Source of the DNA: Candidatus Saccharimonadales bacterium
Lineage (GTDB): Bacteria; Patescibacteriota; Saccharimonadia; Saccharimonadales; UBA10212
Direction of reading: 5' to 3'
Assembly (NCBI GenBank): GCA_036279215.1
Contig: DASUJO010000032.1
Span: 313-64,312 of the forward strand
Length of the DNA: 64,000 nucleotides
How positions within the stretch are numbered: the first letter of the stretch is position 1; every line of letters starts with the position of its first letter. Shown here piece after piece: positions 17,130-25,195 of this stretch. Made by a program: the position numbers and the translations under genes. A model generated the notes under the pieces. It searched no databases, was not told where the DNA came from, and saw only the letters and a list, made by a program, of their open reading frames with translations.

Positions 17130-17533
17130 TTTAGGATAAACCTCTTAAATATCTGATCAAGTCCCAGGTCTACAACGGTTACCAAGATGCCGAACACCAG
17201 CGCGAAAACGAAAACGGCGCTGGTTAGCTTCCAGGTTTCGCTCCTGTTAGGCCAAGTGACTAGTTTTAACTCCTTCCAGGCGTTAATAAAGTAACGCGGT
17301 ACCATCCAGCGAAAAACTTTTTTTAACAGCCTGCCTACCGGCGAAAGCGGACGGAATATCCGCGCCAGTACCCGCCACATGAGCTTGAAAGGCCAGAATA
17401 TCGAGGAAAAACCAGTTTTAACCTTAGATTTGGCTTTCGGCTGTTCAGTAGAACCGCTTTCTATCTTTTCGCGCACGGTCGGCGCCGCTTTTCGTATGCG
17501 GGGTTTTCGGCCGCGCGGCGAAACATTAGCCAT
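17126..17533 (-). CDS. secE: Preprotein translocase subunit SecE with long basic N-terminal extension
   Basis: C-terminal FINAWKELKLVTWPNRSETWKLTSAVFVFALVFGILVTVVD. ATG 17533 is preferred because the upstream terminator T-tract ends at 17557. Confidence 0.85.
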   Translation of the reverse strand: MANVSPRGRKPRIRKAAPTVREKIESGSTEQPKAKSKVKTGFSSIFWPFKLMWRVLARIFRPLSPVGRLLKKVFRWMVPRYFINAWKELKLVTWPNRSETWKLTSAVFVFALVFGILVTVVDLGLDQIFKRFILK

Positions 17534-17556
17534 ATGCTTAGCTTTTCCTCTCACTT

Positions 17557-17579
17557 AAAAACCTACTCTGAAGAGTAGG
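17557..17579 (-). terminator. Rho-independent terminator after the DUF45 gene
   Basis: Minus strand reads CCTACTC-ttca-GAGTAGG (7-bp stem, tetraloop) followed by TTTTT. Confidence 0.5.
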
Positions 17580-17616
17580 CCGTCGATGTCAAGTTTACCA
17601 GACAGTCCACCGCTTA

Positions 17617-18330
17617 TCAAGCTTTCGTGCTTGGCTCTACACGCGGCCGGTGAGTTTTAATATCCTTTTTTAGGCGCTTGGCGTCCGGCAGCTTTTCATC
17701 CATGAATGCCCAAAACTGCTTGCCGTGGTTATGGTGAATAGTGTGCGCCAGCTCGTGGAGTAATACGTAATCAACCAGTTCATCCGGTAACTGGACCAGA
17801 TAGTAGCTTAGGCTTATGTTCTTTTTGCTCGAGCAGCTGCCCCATCGCGAAGTCATCTTGCGGATTCTAAGGCTGCCGTAACTTATGCCGTGTTGGTTGC
17901 TTAATAGCTTCAACCGCTTGGGTAATATGATTTCCGCTTCTTGTTTAAGCGCCCTCTCAGCCGCTTTGATAAGTTGTTCTTGCATCTCGCTATTTTCTAC
18001 AGGCAAAAACGTATTTGCAGAAATTTTATCTCGGCTTACGCGGATGGTAGTTTTGGCCGCATGGGGGCGGCTTTTAATGCTTACTCTGTGGTGCCGCCCT
18101 ACTAGCGCGCCGTCTGTTATATATGACGGAGAATGGGATTTTAGCTGCTGGCGGATCCAGCCTTCGTGCTTTTGTACGAAGATAATGCCGGCGGCATACG
18201 GCGTCCACTGGGGCATTGCTACCCTAATCTGCCCGGCGGCAGTTATGGTTATTCTCAGGTTTCGGCTGCCGCGGCGTTTAGCCATCACCACTTCGCCTAC
18301 CCGCGGCACCACCATAAGACGGTTTGACAT
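17617..18330 (-). CDS. YgjP-like (DUF45) zinc metallopeptidase-fold protein
   Basis: C-terminal HELAHTIHHNHGKQFW (HExxH) in the family-typical context YVLLHELAH. Confidence 0.8.
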   Translation of the reverse strand: MSNRLMVVPRVGEVVMAKRRGSRNLRITITAAGQIRVAMPQWTPYAAGIIFVQKHEGWIRQQLKSHSPSYITDGALVGRHHRVSIKSRPHAAKTTIRVSRDKISANTFLPVENSEMQEQLIKAAERALKQEAEIILPKRLKLLSNQHGISYGSLRIRKMTSRWGSCSSKKNISLSYYLVQLPDELVDYVLLHELAHTIHHNHGKQFWAFMDEKLPDAKRLKKDIKTHRPRVEPSTKA

Positions 18331-18332
18331 CT

Positions 18333-18995
18333 CTATAAAATATTGATGTTTCGACGGCTCAAATCGACGCGGCCGGCATGCGGATTAGGTACCAGATTTA
18401 CCAATTCCGGTTTTGTTACATGGCTCTGCACGCTGCCGGCCTTAACAAGTCCCATCTGGAAAAGGCGGTTAAGAATGGCGTTTTTCTGAGTTACGAAAGT
18501 ATGTTTGCCGCTTACTACCAGGAAGTCTTCTTCAGGCCCGGGGTTTTGCATAAAACTCATCTGATGCTCGAATGTCTGCTTGGTCTGCTCTTCAGAGAAT
18601 TTATCGTCCTGGGTCCGCCTGTCCCGTCGCTGTGTTCGTAAAAAGGCGTTCTCGGCGTCCATTTGAAGCCAAACAAGTAAATAATTACCGCCATGCCGTC
18701 GCGCCAGTTCACGCAGTTTACGTCTCTGGCCGAACCTCATTGCATTGGTATCATAGGCGACGCTGACTCCGGCCCGCAGGAATTCTTCGGTCATGTAATT
18801 CATAAGGTGTGCTACCACGGCGTTTTCCTGCGCGTCGTATCTCGGCTCGCGGAAAAGTTCGTGCCTTATCCTGTCGGCGCTTACTCTCGCCACATGAAGT
18901 TCATCTTCAAGGTTTCGCGCAACATAACTCTTTCCAGATCCGGGATAACCGTAAAAACAGATGAGCGTCGGTTTGCTTAGCACTACTTTGGCCAT
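18333..18995 (-). CDS. P-loop ATPase/kinase (AAA_33 / zeta-toxin-like fold)
   Basis: Walker A FYGYPGSGKS near the N-terminus. Size and layout match small-molecule or polynucleotide kinase-like P-loop proteins. Confidence 0.65.
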   Translation of the reverse strand: MAKVVLSKPTLICFYGYPGSGKSYVARNLEDELHVARVSADRIRHELFREPRYDAQENAVVAHLMNYMTEEFLRAGVSVAYDTNAMRFGQRRKLRELARRHGGNYLLVWLQMDAENAFLRTQRRDRRTQDDKFSEEQTKQTFEHQMSFMQNPGPEEDFLVVSGKHTFVTQKNAILNRLFQMGLVKAGSVQSHVTKPELVNLVPNPHAGRVDLSRRNINIL

Positions 18996-19057
18996 TATTC
19001 TAAGATACTAACACCTAAGGGCTGCTTCATAAAGTGGTCATGGCTGGTTAACAGCTA

Positions 19058-19132
19058 TGGAGCCGACGACGAGGATTGAACTCGTGACCCCCTCCTTACC
19101 ATGGAGGTGCTCTACCACTGAGCTACGTCGGC
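19058..19132 (-). tRNA. tRNA-Thr (anticodon GGU), CCA encoded
   Basis: Reverse complement GCCGACGTAGCTCAGTGGTAGAGCACCTCCATGGTAAGGAGGGGGTCACGAGTTCAATCCTCGTCGTCGGCTCCA folds as a cloverleaf. Anticodon loop is AT-GGT-AA. Confidence 0.9.
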
Positions 19133-19156
19133 CTAACTCCATATTTTAGCAAACTG

Positions 19157-19185
19157 TTACCTTCACCTTTCTAATCTGTTATAAT
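19157..19185 (+). promoter_or_regulatory. Possible promoter for pspC-rpmG-tRNA-Trp (near-leaderless)
   Basis: TATAAT at 19180..19185 sits only 7 nt before ATG 19193. A weak -35 TTACCT lies 17 nt upstream. Confidence 0.3.
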
Positions 19186-19192
19186 TATAGCA

Positions 19193-19414
19193 ATGAAACG
19201 TTTATATAGGTCTGAAAAGGACCGGATGATTTCTGGTATATGCGGAGGAATCGGCGAATATTACGACACAGATCCCACGATAATCCGTGTATTATGGGTT
19301 TTGGTAGCGGTTCTGACCGTATTTTTTCCTATGTTTATCGCCTATCTGGTATTAGCTATAATCATCCCGTCGGAAAGCGAGGTTAAAAGTGGCCAAAAAA
19401 AGCGAAAAGCGTAA
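19193..19414 (+). CDS. PspC domain-containing membrane protein
   Basis: LYRSEKDRMISGICGGIGEYYDTDPTIIRVLWV followed by one TM helix, which is the canonical PspC domain. Confidence 0.8.
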   Translation: MKRLYRSEKDRMISGICGGIGEYYDTDPTIIRVLWVLVAVLTVFFPMFIAYLVLAIIIPSESEVKSGQKKRKA

Positions 19415-19592
19415 AGTAGTTGGACTGGTGTGCGAAGCCTGCCAGCAGCGACACTATTATTCCACAAAGAACACGATGAATACGCCGGACAAGATTGAGC
19501 TTAAAAAATACTGCCCGGTCAAACGGGTTTATGCCACGCAATCAGAGACAAAGAAGAATCTTGGCCGTAACGTCGTTCCCGCCCGCCGCTGA
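19389..19592 (+). CDS. rpmG: 50S ribosomal protein bL33
   Basis: GTG start. MAKKSEKRKVVGLVCEACQQRHYYSTKNTMNTPDKIELKKYCPVKR matches L33. Followed by tRNA-Trp, as in many bacteria. Confidence 0.85.
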   Translation: MAKKSEKRKVVGLVCEACQQRHYYSTKNTMNTPDKIELKKYCPVKRVYATQSETKKNLGRNVVPARR

Positions 19593-19620
19593 TTTTACGG
19601 TATAATTCGGAACGGAGCGA

Positions 19621-19697
19621 AGGAGTGTAGCTCAGTTGGCTAGAGCGTCGGTCTCCAAAACCGAAGGCCGGGGGTTCGATTCCCTCCACTCCTGCCA
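19621..19697 (+). tRNA. tRNA-Trp (anticodon CCA), CCA encoded
   Basis: AGGAGTGTAGCTCAGTTGGCTAGAGCGTCGGTCTCCAAAACCGAAGGCCGGGGGTTCGATTCCCTCCACTCCTGCCA. Anticodon loop is CT-CCA-AA. Confidence 0.92.
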
Positions 19698-19715
19698 TGC
19701 GTCAACTAATTTCAA

Positions 19716-19772
19716 CCCCGCCAGCAATTTGCGCATTCAAGTAGCGCGAATTGAGCGGGGTGTTTGATATTT
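19716..19772 (+). terminator. Possible terminator in the convergent gap after tRNA-Trp
   Basis: CCCCGC (19716) pairs with GCGGGG (19755) around an inner GCGC palindrome, followed by TGTTTGATATTT. The loop is long, so this is weak. Confidence 0.25.
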
Positions 19773-19791
19773 GCCGCTTATCCCCAAGTAC

Positions 19792-20826
19792 TTATTCAGA
19801 CCTGATGGCTGTTTGTATTTTAGCGATGGCGTCATTAATGCTTGCGGCTTTAAATTTCGCGCCGGCTGCCGGTTTGTGGCCGCCGCCGCCCAGCCTATGG
19901 GCGATTTTTGAAACGTCTTGCGTGCCGCTTAGAGCGCGGAATGAAACGCCGTAAAAACCGTCCGCTCCTACTATTTCTTTATAAGCGGCGAATCCCCAAT
20001 CGTTGTTCTCGAAATTCTTCAGAAAGCCGTTAGTAAATTCTTCAAATCCCAGTTTAAAACTGTCGAGCGGTTTGCCCCGTGCCAGCCACTCGGCTGCAAA
20101 TTCATCGGTTATATAACTATATGTATAGCCCTCGCCACTATCTTTTATATTGCCGATAAGATGGTTAAGAACCGACAATTGCCCGGTGTCGTATCGCCCC
20201 ATCCGGCTTTCCAAGTGTTCGATACTGGCGCCGTCGTCCAGCAAATCGCTTACAACGCGGTATGTATCGCGGTGGACCGGATTATCAAATTTATGCCGGG
20301 CTGTATCGCTGATGATACCCAATAATGCAGTTTGCGAAAATCCAACCGGTTTCTTTAGTCCTAAATTTTCGAATAAAAGCTCATATACTTCTTGGGCGGT
20401 TGCCGGGCGGCGATTATTGATATATATGTCGGTGTTATCTTTACCGTGCTGTTCGTGATGATCGATAATGGCTGTCTTTGTCCGTTGCTTCTCCAGATAT
20501 GACCGCAACTTGTCGCCGTCGTGGCGGCTACTGCGGTCAAAACTTGGAGCATCCAGCAGGATAAAAAAGTCTGGGCTAAGTTTTTTAGCCGCACCCAGCA
20601 CCGGTTCGAACTTAATATCACCGTAACCTTCCAAAAATTCCAACATCCGGGCCGGATGTTCTTCCAGAACCATTTCGATCTTTTTATCGGGAAAATTCAC
20701 TTTAAGTGTATTGCCCAAAAGCAAAGTTGAGCTTATGGCGTCAGGATCCGGCGATATATGCGAAGTCACCAGAATTTTGCCGGATTTTTCAATAGCCCGT
20801 TGAAAGGCCTTTATTTCGCCGCTCAT
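19792..20826 (-). CDS. DHH/DHHA1 family phosphoesterase (second NrnA-like paralog)
   Basis: SHISPDPDAISS, IIDHHEQH and GGGGHKPAAGAKF. Confidence 0.85.
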   Translation of the reverse strand: MSGEIKAFQRAIEKSGKILVTSHISPDPDAISSTLLLGNTLKVNFPDKKIEMVLEEHPARMLEFLEGYGDIKFEPVLGAAKKLSPDFFILLDAPSFDRSSRHDGDKLRSYLEKQRTKTAIIDHHEQHGKDNTDIYINNRRPATAQEVYELLFENLGLKKPVGFSQTALLGIISDTARHKFDNPVHRDTYRVVSDLLDDGASIEHLESRMGRYDTGQLSVLNHLIGNIKDSGEGYTYSYITDEFAAEWLARGKPLDSFKLGFEEFTNGFLKNFENNDWGFAAYKEIVGADGFYGVSFRALSGTQDVSKIAHRLGGGGHKPAAGAKFKAASINDAIAKIQTAIRSE

Positions 20827-20856
20827 TATTTATAAGTATATCAGTGGGCTACACAA

Positions 20857-20942
20857 TGGTGCTGGGAGAGGGATTCGAACCCCCGAAGGCGTATGCCAAC
20901 TGATTTACAGTCAGTCGTGTTTGACCGCTTCACTATCCCAGC
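20857..20942 (-). tRNA. tRNA-Tyr (anticodon GUA), long variable arm, CCA encoded
   Basis: Reverse complement GCTGGGATAGTGAAGCGGTCAAACACGACTGACTGTAAATCAGTTGGCATACGCCTTCGGGGGTTCGAATCCCTCTCCCAGCACCA. Confidence 0.9.
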
Positions 20943-20944
20943 AA

Positions 20945-21065
20945 AGCTTTTTGTTCTAAAAAAGCTATTATCGTTTAGCACTTAGCAATTTACATTTATG
21001 GAAATTGCTTCCGCAATTGTAAATTGAAAAATGTAAACTGTGAATTGCTTTTGCGTAGCAAAAGC
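20945..21065 (-). repeat. tRNA spacer packed with inverted repeats (three strong hairpins, four alternating AATTGC/GCAATT units)
   Basis: AGCTTTTT/AAAAAGCT at 20945..20966. GCAATTT 20985, AAATTGC 21002, GCAATT 21013 and AATTGC 21043. GCTTTTGC-gta-GCAAAAGC at 21047..21065. Confidence 0.6.
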
Positions 21066-21066
21066 G

Positions 21067-21143
21067 TGGAGCCACCTATCGGATTCGAACCGATGACCCA
21101 CGGTTTACAAAACCGTTGCTCTGGCCAGCTGAGCTAAGGTGGC
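21067..21143 (-). tRNA. tRNA-Thr (anticodon UGU), CCA encoded
   Basis: Reverse complement GCCACCTTAGCTCAGCTGGCCAGAGCAACGGTTTTGTAAACCGTGGGTCATCGGTTCGAATCCGATAGGTGGCTCCA. Confidence 0.9.
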
Positions 21144-21182
21144 GACCCCTGTTATCTTACCAGAATAACAGATATGCTTCAA

Positions 21183-21839
21183 TCAGATGACCACCCGCCG
21201 CGGCCGAAGGACTTTTTTGGGTTTTTCGGCGACGGCGTTGCGGCTGAGCTTGCGACGGACTTTTGTTGCTTCATCGCCCATTCCTCGGGCCTCATAGGCG
21301 TTCATAAGTAAATTATACGTCTCGTTGTTGGGTTCAAGCTCAGCGGCCTTCTCGAGCTCCAGAAGCATCAGTTTATCATTGCCTAACTTTTCCTGGACTT
21401 TAGCGTAGGCGATGTGGCGGGCGGCCAGGTCGTCTTCGAGCTTCAATGCCTGCTCGAAAGCGGTTGCCGCTTTCTGATAGTTCTCAGTTTCGTAATATAT
21501 CAGCCCAAGATTATGCAGGCTTGAAGCGCTGGGCTCAATACTGCTGGCAATTTCAAAACAATCTATTGCGTCTTTGTACTCTCGTTGTTTGGCGTATAGA
21601 ATCCCTAATCTGTTATAGGCAGCGGCGTTTTTCTCGTCAATTTTAAGAATCGTCAGCAAGGCCTTTTCGGCTCGTAAAAACCTGTTCTCGCGCATGCCGT
21701 GATGGGCAATCTCCCAAAGCTTTGTCAGCCGGCCGCCTAGTCGGCGGGACATCATCAGTTCATCTTCCTGAAAGCGGCTGTTGCGAAGCACGAAATAGGC
21801 AATCACAATCAGGATCAACAGTGCGTACATCCGTGCCAA
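21183..21839 (-). CDS. Membrane-anchored TPR-repeat protein
   Basis: N-terminal TM helix (YALLILIVIAYFVL) followed by TPR-like repeats (AAYNRLGILYAKQREYKDAIDCFEIA, LHNLGLIYYETENYQKAATAFEQAL). Confidence 0.75.
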   Translation of the reverse strand: MARMYALLILIVIAYFVLRNSRFQEDELMMSRRLGGRLTKLWEIAHHGMRENRFLRAEKALLTILKIDEKNAAAYNRLGILYAKQREYKDAIDCFEIASSIEPSASSLHNLGLIYYETENYQKAATAFEQALKLEDDLAARHIAYAKVQEKLGNDKLMLLELEKAAELEPNNETYNLLMNAYEARGMGDEATKVRRKLSRNAVAEKPKKVLRPRRVVI

Positions 21840-21849
21840 TTATAGCAGA

Positions 21850-22740
21850 TTAACTGTTTAGTCTGATTGCCAGGTTAAGGCCGATTAAGCGGGCATTGGC
21901 GTTTATGCCGAGAGCCTGGCGGCAGCTTAAAACCAATTGCCTGTCGTTTGCCAATTTTTTTGATTGCGATTTCTTGCCGTTTACAATTGATTGGCGGTGC
22001 AAAACCGATAAGATACGCTCCAGCGCTTCAAGAAACAGCTCAAAATCCTCTTTGCTTTTGGATAGCTTTTCCAGCGCCAGCAGCCGCTGGTAACGATCCT
22101 TCATAAAAAAGCTTTTGGCTTCCACGATGGCATTTTTAAGCGAATGCTCGCTGCCTTGACTCAGTAGCGCTGCCAACAGCGCCGAATTGCCGCGGCTCAA
22201 GTTCCAAGCGGACTTTATCATAGCTTCGTCGAACCGTACGGAAAAATGCTTAAGTGCCTGTTCGAAGTCCACGGGGTGACTGACTATGCGCTGGGCGCGT
22301 GAGACGATTGTTGGCAGCAGAGCTTGGCGACTTTCGGCAGTCAATAAAAAGGTCGTGGTGTCATCCGGTTCTTCAAGAATCTTTAAAAGCGCGTTCTGGG
22401 CTTGCGTGCTCATATGTTGGGCGTCAACTATCAGTACCACCCGCCTGATGCCGCCCTTTCCAGGCGTTTTCAGCCTGATTTGCCTGCCGATTGCACGGAT
22501 AGCTTCTATCGGGATATCTTGCTTATCGCGAGGTTTCTCTACCATATGAAAATACGGGTAGCTATCTAGCTTACCGGCGGAATCCAGGCCTAGAAGTTCT
22601 GCGGCGATTGCCCGTGCCAGCTCAGCCTTGCCGCTGCCCGACGCGCCGATTATTAGTAGCGGACCGTTTGGCCGGTTTATATAGCTGCCAGCTGTTTTTA
22701 TCGTCTTAGGGTGCGCCAAAATTTTCTCTAGTTGGCTCAC
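21850..22740 (-). CDS. holB: DNA polymerase III subunit delta prime
   Basis: LLIIGASGSGKAELA, AQNALLKILEEP and TIVSRAQR are clamp-loader motifs in a ~300-aa protein. Confidence 0.8.
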   Translation of the reverse strand: MSQLEKILAHPKTIKTAGSYINRPNGPLLIIGASGSGKAELARAIAAELLGLDSAGKLDSYPYFHMVEKPRDKQDIPIEAIRAIGRQIRLKTPGKGGIRRVVLIVDAQHMSTQAQNALLKILEEPDDTTTFLLTAESRQALLPTIVSRAQRIVSHPVDFEQALKHFSVRFDEAMIKSAWNLSRGNSALLAALLSQGSEHSLKNAIVEAKSFFMKDRYQRLLALEKLSKSKEDFELFLEALERILSVLHRQSIVNGKKSQSKKLANDRQLVLSCRQALGINANARLIGLNLAIRLNS

Positions 22741-23621
22741 AGCTCTTTAAACTCCTTGAATGTGCCGGGAAGCGGCGCCAAAAAACTTTTTCGCTTGCCG
22801 TTTGGCAGCGTTAATTCTAGTTTGCGCGCATGCAGCAGCAAAGGCGTATCGGCTCCGCCTTTGCCGTAAACACCATCGCCCGCAACCGGATGGCCAATAT
22901 AGGCCAAATGAACCCGGATCTGGTGAGTCCTGCCGGTGCGCGGCTTAAGCTCGATCAGCGAATAAACGCGGTTATCTTTTCTATAAATCTCCTTAACTTT
23001 GTATTCGGTTTGGGCAGGCTTACCTCCGGCCATAGCTTTAAAAGTCTGCGGCTTATTGGGATTGCGGCCAATGGGAGCATCTATGATCGCTGCCTGCGGC
23101 TTAATCTCCCCTTCAACTATAGCGTTATAGAACTTTTTGGCTTTTCTGCCCGCAAATTCCCGCTGGAGCCACTTAAGCGCTGATGTATTTCGCGCGCAGA
23201 TTATCACCCCGCTGGTCGGCCTGTCCAGCCGGTGGACTATGCCGGCCCGGTTGCCAGACAAAGTCTTATCTTTCAGTTTTGCGGCAATAAAGGACGCGAC
23301 GGTTGGCTCAAGATTAAGAGCCCCTTTGCTGTGAGTCAGCACGCCGGCCGGCTTATTTATTACAATAACATCATCGTCTTGGTAAATAATGGGCAGTTCT
23401 ACCGGATCCGGCCGTTTGGATATTTTAGCGGTATCCATTGATAACTTTTCGCCGGCGCGCAGCTTGTATCCCGGTTTGGTGCTTTTACCGTTAATTTTTA
23501 CGCTGCCGGCATCAAACAAGGCCTTCAGCGAAGACCGGCTGTATTTATGCAGTAATGCGGCGACAAATACGTCTGTCCTCTGCCCGGCGCCAGATTCACT
23601 TATTAATATAGTTTTCTTCAT
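22737..23621 (-). CDS. rluD: RluA-family pseudouridine synthase (RluD-like, N-terminal S4 domain)
   Basis: HRLDRPTSGVIICA catalytic motif, and GRTHQIRVHLAYIGHPVAGD. Confidence 0.88.
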   Translation of the reverse strand: MKKTILISESGAGQRTDVFVAALLHKYSRSSLKALFDAGSVKINGKSTKPGYKLRAGEKLSMDTAKISKRPDPVELPIIYQDDDVIVINKPAGVLTHSKGALNLEPTVASFIAAKLKDKTLSGNRAGIVHRLDRPTSGVIICARNTSALKWLQREFAGRKAKKFYNAIVEGEIKPQAAIIDAPIGRNPNKPQTFKAMAGGKPAQTEYKVKEIYRKDNRVYSLIELKPRTGRTHQIRVHLAYIGHPVAGDGVYGKGGADTPLLLHARKLELTLPNGKRKSFLAPLPGTFKEFKEL

Positions 23622-24664
23622 TTATCCGGGTTAGGCCTGAGGCCGACGGCTTGTTGCAACTTCAGTAAGGTTTGGCCTGCGACGCGGCTCATTTCCACTT
23701 CGTCGGCTTCAAGTTTGCCGTGCAAGCTGTTATCGTCGACTCGCGCTAAACTAGATTGAAGCCCGGTTAAAAATTGCTTAACCTCTTTGGCAACGGTTTC
23801 TTTAAGTTCGCTGTAGCTTGTTTTGCCTTGCCATTGGGCATTGATTTGTTCCTGCTCGGTACCGCTTAGCAAAGCCAGAATTTGAAGCAAGTTGGTTACG
23901 CCCGGCTGTTTTTGCCAGTCATAATTTATATTCGCTAGCGAATCGGTGGCCGCCGATAAAACTTTAGATGATGCGTCCTCCGGCTTGTCGTTCAGCATTA
24001 TCGTCCCGGCCGGGTCGTCTACGGATTTGCTCATCTTCTTTTCCGGGTTGCGTAGGCTGCGTATTCGTACCGGCTCGGCGCGGCCGGCAAACTCGGTTTG
24101 TTTGGCGTTGTCTTCCGGCACGACCAGCAGGTTGCCGAACTTGTTGTTAATACGCAAGGCCAGATCGCGGGTAAATTCTACATGCTGGCGCTGGTCTTCA
24201 CCCACCGGTATCCACTTTGCACCATAAAGCAGGATATCGGCAGACATAAGTACGGGGTAATTGAACAAGCCGACGCTGACATTTTGGTTATCACCGCCTT
24301 TTTCTTTGAATTCGGTCATCCTGGATAATTCGCCGAAGTATGCGAAGCAATCCAGAATCCATGTCATTTCCGAATGAGCCGGAATGTAGCTTTGCCGGTA
24401 AATGTAAGTATCCGGCTGTTCGATATCAAGCCCGGCCGCAACGAATACTTTTAAATTCTGGTGGGTCTGCTCGTATAGCTTGCCGTGGTCAATCGGCGTG
24501 GTAAAGCTATGCAAATCCGGAATGAACATGTTCAGCTGGTACTGGCCGGCGTGCTTTTTTTGCAGCTCGACCATCGGCTTGATGCCTCCAAGGTAATTAC
24601 CAAGGTGGAACTCGGCGTTCGAACGCAAACCGGTCAAAACTACCTCTTTAGCCATTGCTACCAT
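23618..24664 (-). CDS. trpS: Tryptophan--tRNA ligase
   Basis: FHLGNYLG (HIGH-like), KMSKS and class Ic layout. ATG 24655 is an alternative start. Confidence 0.93.
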   Translation of the reverse strand: MVAMAKEVVLTGLRSNAEFHLGNYLGGIKPMVELQKKHAGQYQLNMFIPDLHSFTTPIDHGKLYEQTHQNLKVFVAAGLDIEQPDTYIYRQSYIPAHSEMTWILDCFAYFGELSRMTEFKEKGGDNQNVSVGLFNYPVLMSADILLYGAKWIPVGEDQRQHVEFTRDLALRINNKFGNLLVVPEDNAKQTEFAGRAEPVRIRSLRNPEKKMSKSVDDPAGTIMLNDKPEDASSKVLSAATDSLANINYDWQKQPGVTNLLQILALLSGTEQEQINAQWQGKTSYSELKETVAKEVKQFLTGLQSSLARVDDNSLHGKLEADEVEMSRVAGQTLLKLQQAVGLRPNPDK

Positions 24665-24692
24665 TTTACATTTTTCATTTCACATTTAACAT
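24662..24692 (-). repeat. Five ATG triplets phased every 7 nt (ATGNNAA x4 + trpS ATG)
   Basis: Minus strand reads ATGTTAA ATGTGAA ATGAAAA ATGTAAA ATGG. On the plus strand, CAT sits at 24662, 24669, 24676, 24683 and 24690. Confidence 0.85.
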
Positions 24693-24743
24693 TTATTTTT
24701 AATTCCACAATTCATCGATGGCAAGATATTATCTTTTAAATAA

Positions 24744-24765
24744 ATGCCGAAGCGAATACGGGCAT
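24744..24765 (-). terminator. Weak hairpin plus U-rich tract after rpsI
   Basis: Minus strand reads ATGCCCGtattcgcttCGGCAT followed by TTATTTAAAAG. Only 5-6 bp pair. Confidence 0.25.
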
Positions 24766-24793
24766 TGTCAAAATACTTGACTTGTAAAGTATT

Positions 24794-25195
24794 CTAACGT
24801 TTGCTGAACTGCTGCTTCTTACGGGCGCTGCGCAAGCCGAACTTCTTACGCTCTTTTTCGCGTGGGTCGCGGCCAAGCAGGCCTGTACGCTTTAGCGTAC
24901 CCCTAAAATCATCGTTTAGACCCACAAGCGCCTTCGATACGCCGAGCCGTATAGCGTCAACCTGGCTAGCGTGTCCGCCGCCGGTAACTTTTACCGTCAC
25001 CGTATACTTCTCCGGGTCTAGCTCCAGAACGTTGAACGGCATCAATAATTGGTGCTGCAGATATTTGCTGTTGGCAAAATAGTCCGCCAGCGGCTTTTCA
25101 TTGATAACAAAAGTGCCTTTGCCGCCGCTTAACCTGACTCGCGCCGTAGAGCTCTTGCGCCGTCCCAGGCCGTAAAAATAACTGTTCTCGCTCAT
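24794..25195 (-). CDS. rpsI: 30S ribosomal protein uS9
   Basis: GLGRRKSSTARVRL...VKVTGGGHASQVDAIRLGVSKAL...ends SKR. Confidence 0.95.
   Translation of the reverse strand: MSENSYFYGLGRRKSSTARVRLSGGKGTFVINEKPLADYFANSKYLQHQLLMPFNVLELDPEKYTVTVKVTGGGHASQVDAIRLGVSKALVGLNDDFRGTLKRTGLLGRDPREKERKKFGLRSARKKQQFSKR

Noticed and set aside
21146-21170. Inverted repeat CTGTTAT-N9-ATAACAG between the TPR gene and tRNA-Thr, as a terminator
   Set aside because: No U-tract follows, and it abuts the tRNA 5' end. It is more likely part of a processing context, and there is too little evidence to call it.
24665-24793. T-box or other aminoacyl-tRNA-synthetase leader upstream of trpS (and of hisS and cysS)
   Set aside because: The gaps are 129 nt or less, and I see no specifier/antiterminator architecture or T-box consensus. 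hisS and cysS have almost no upstream spacer.
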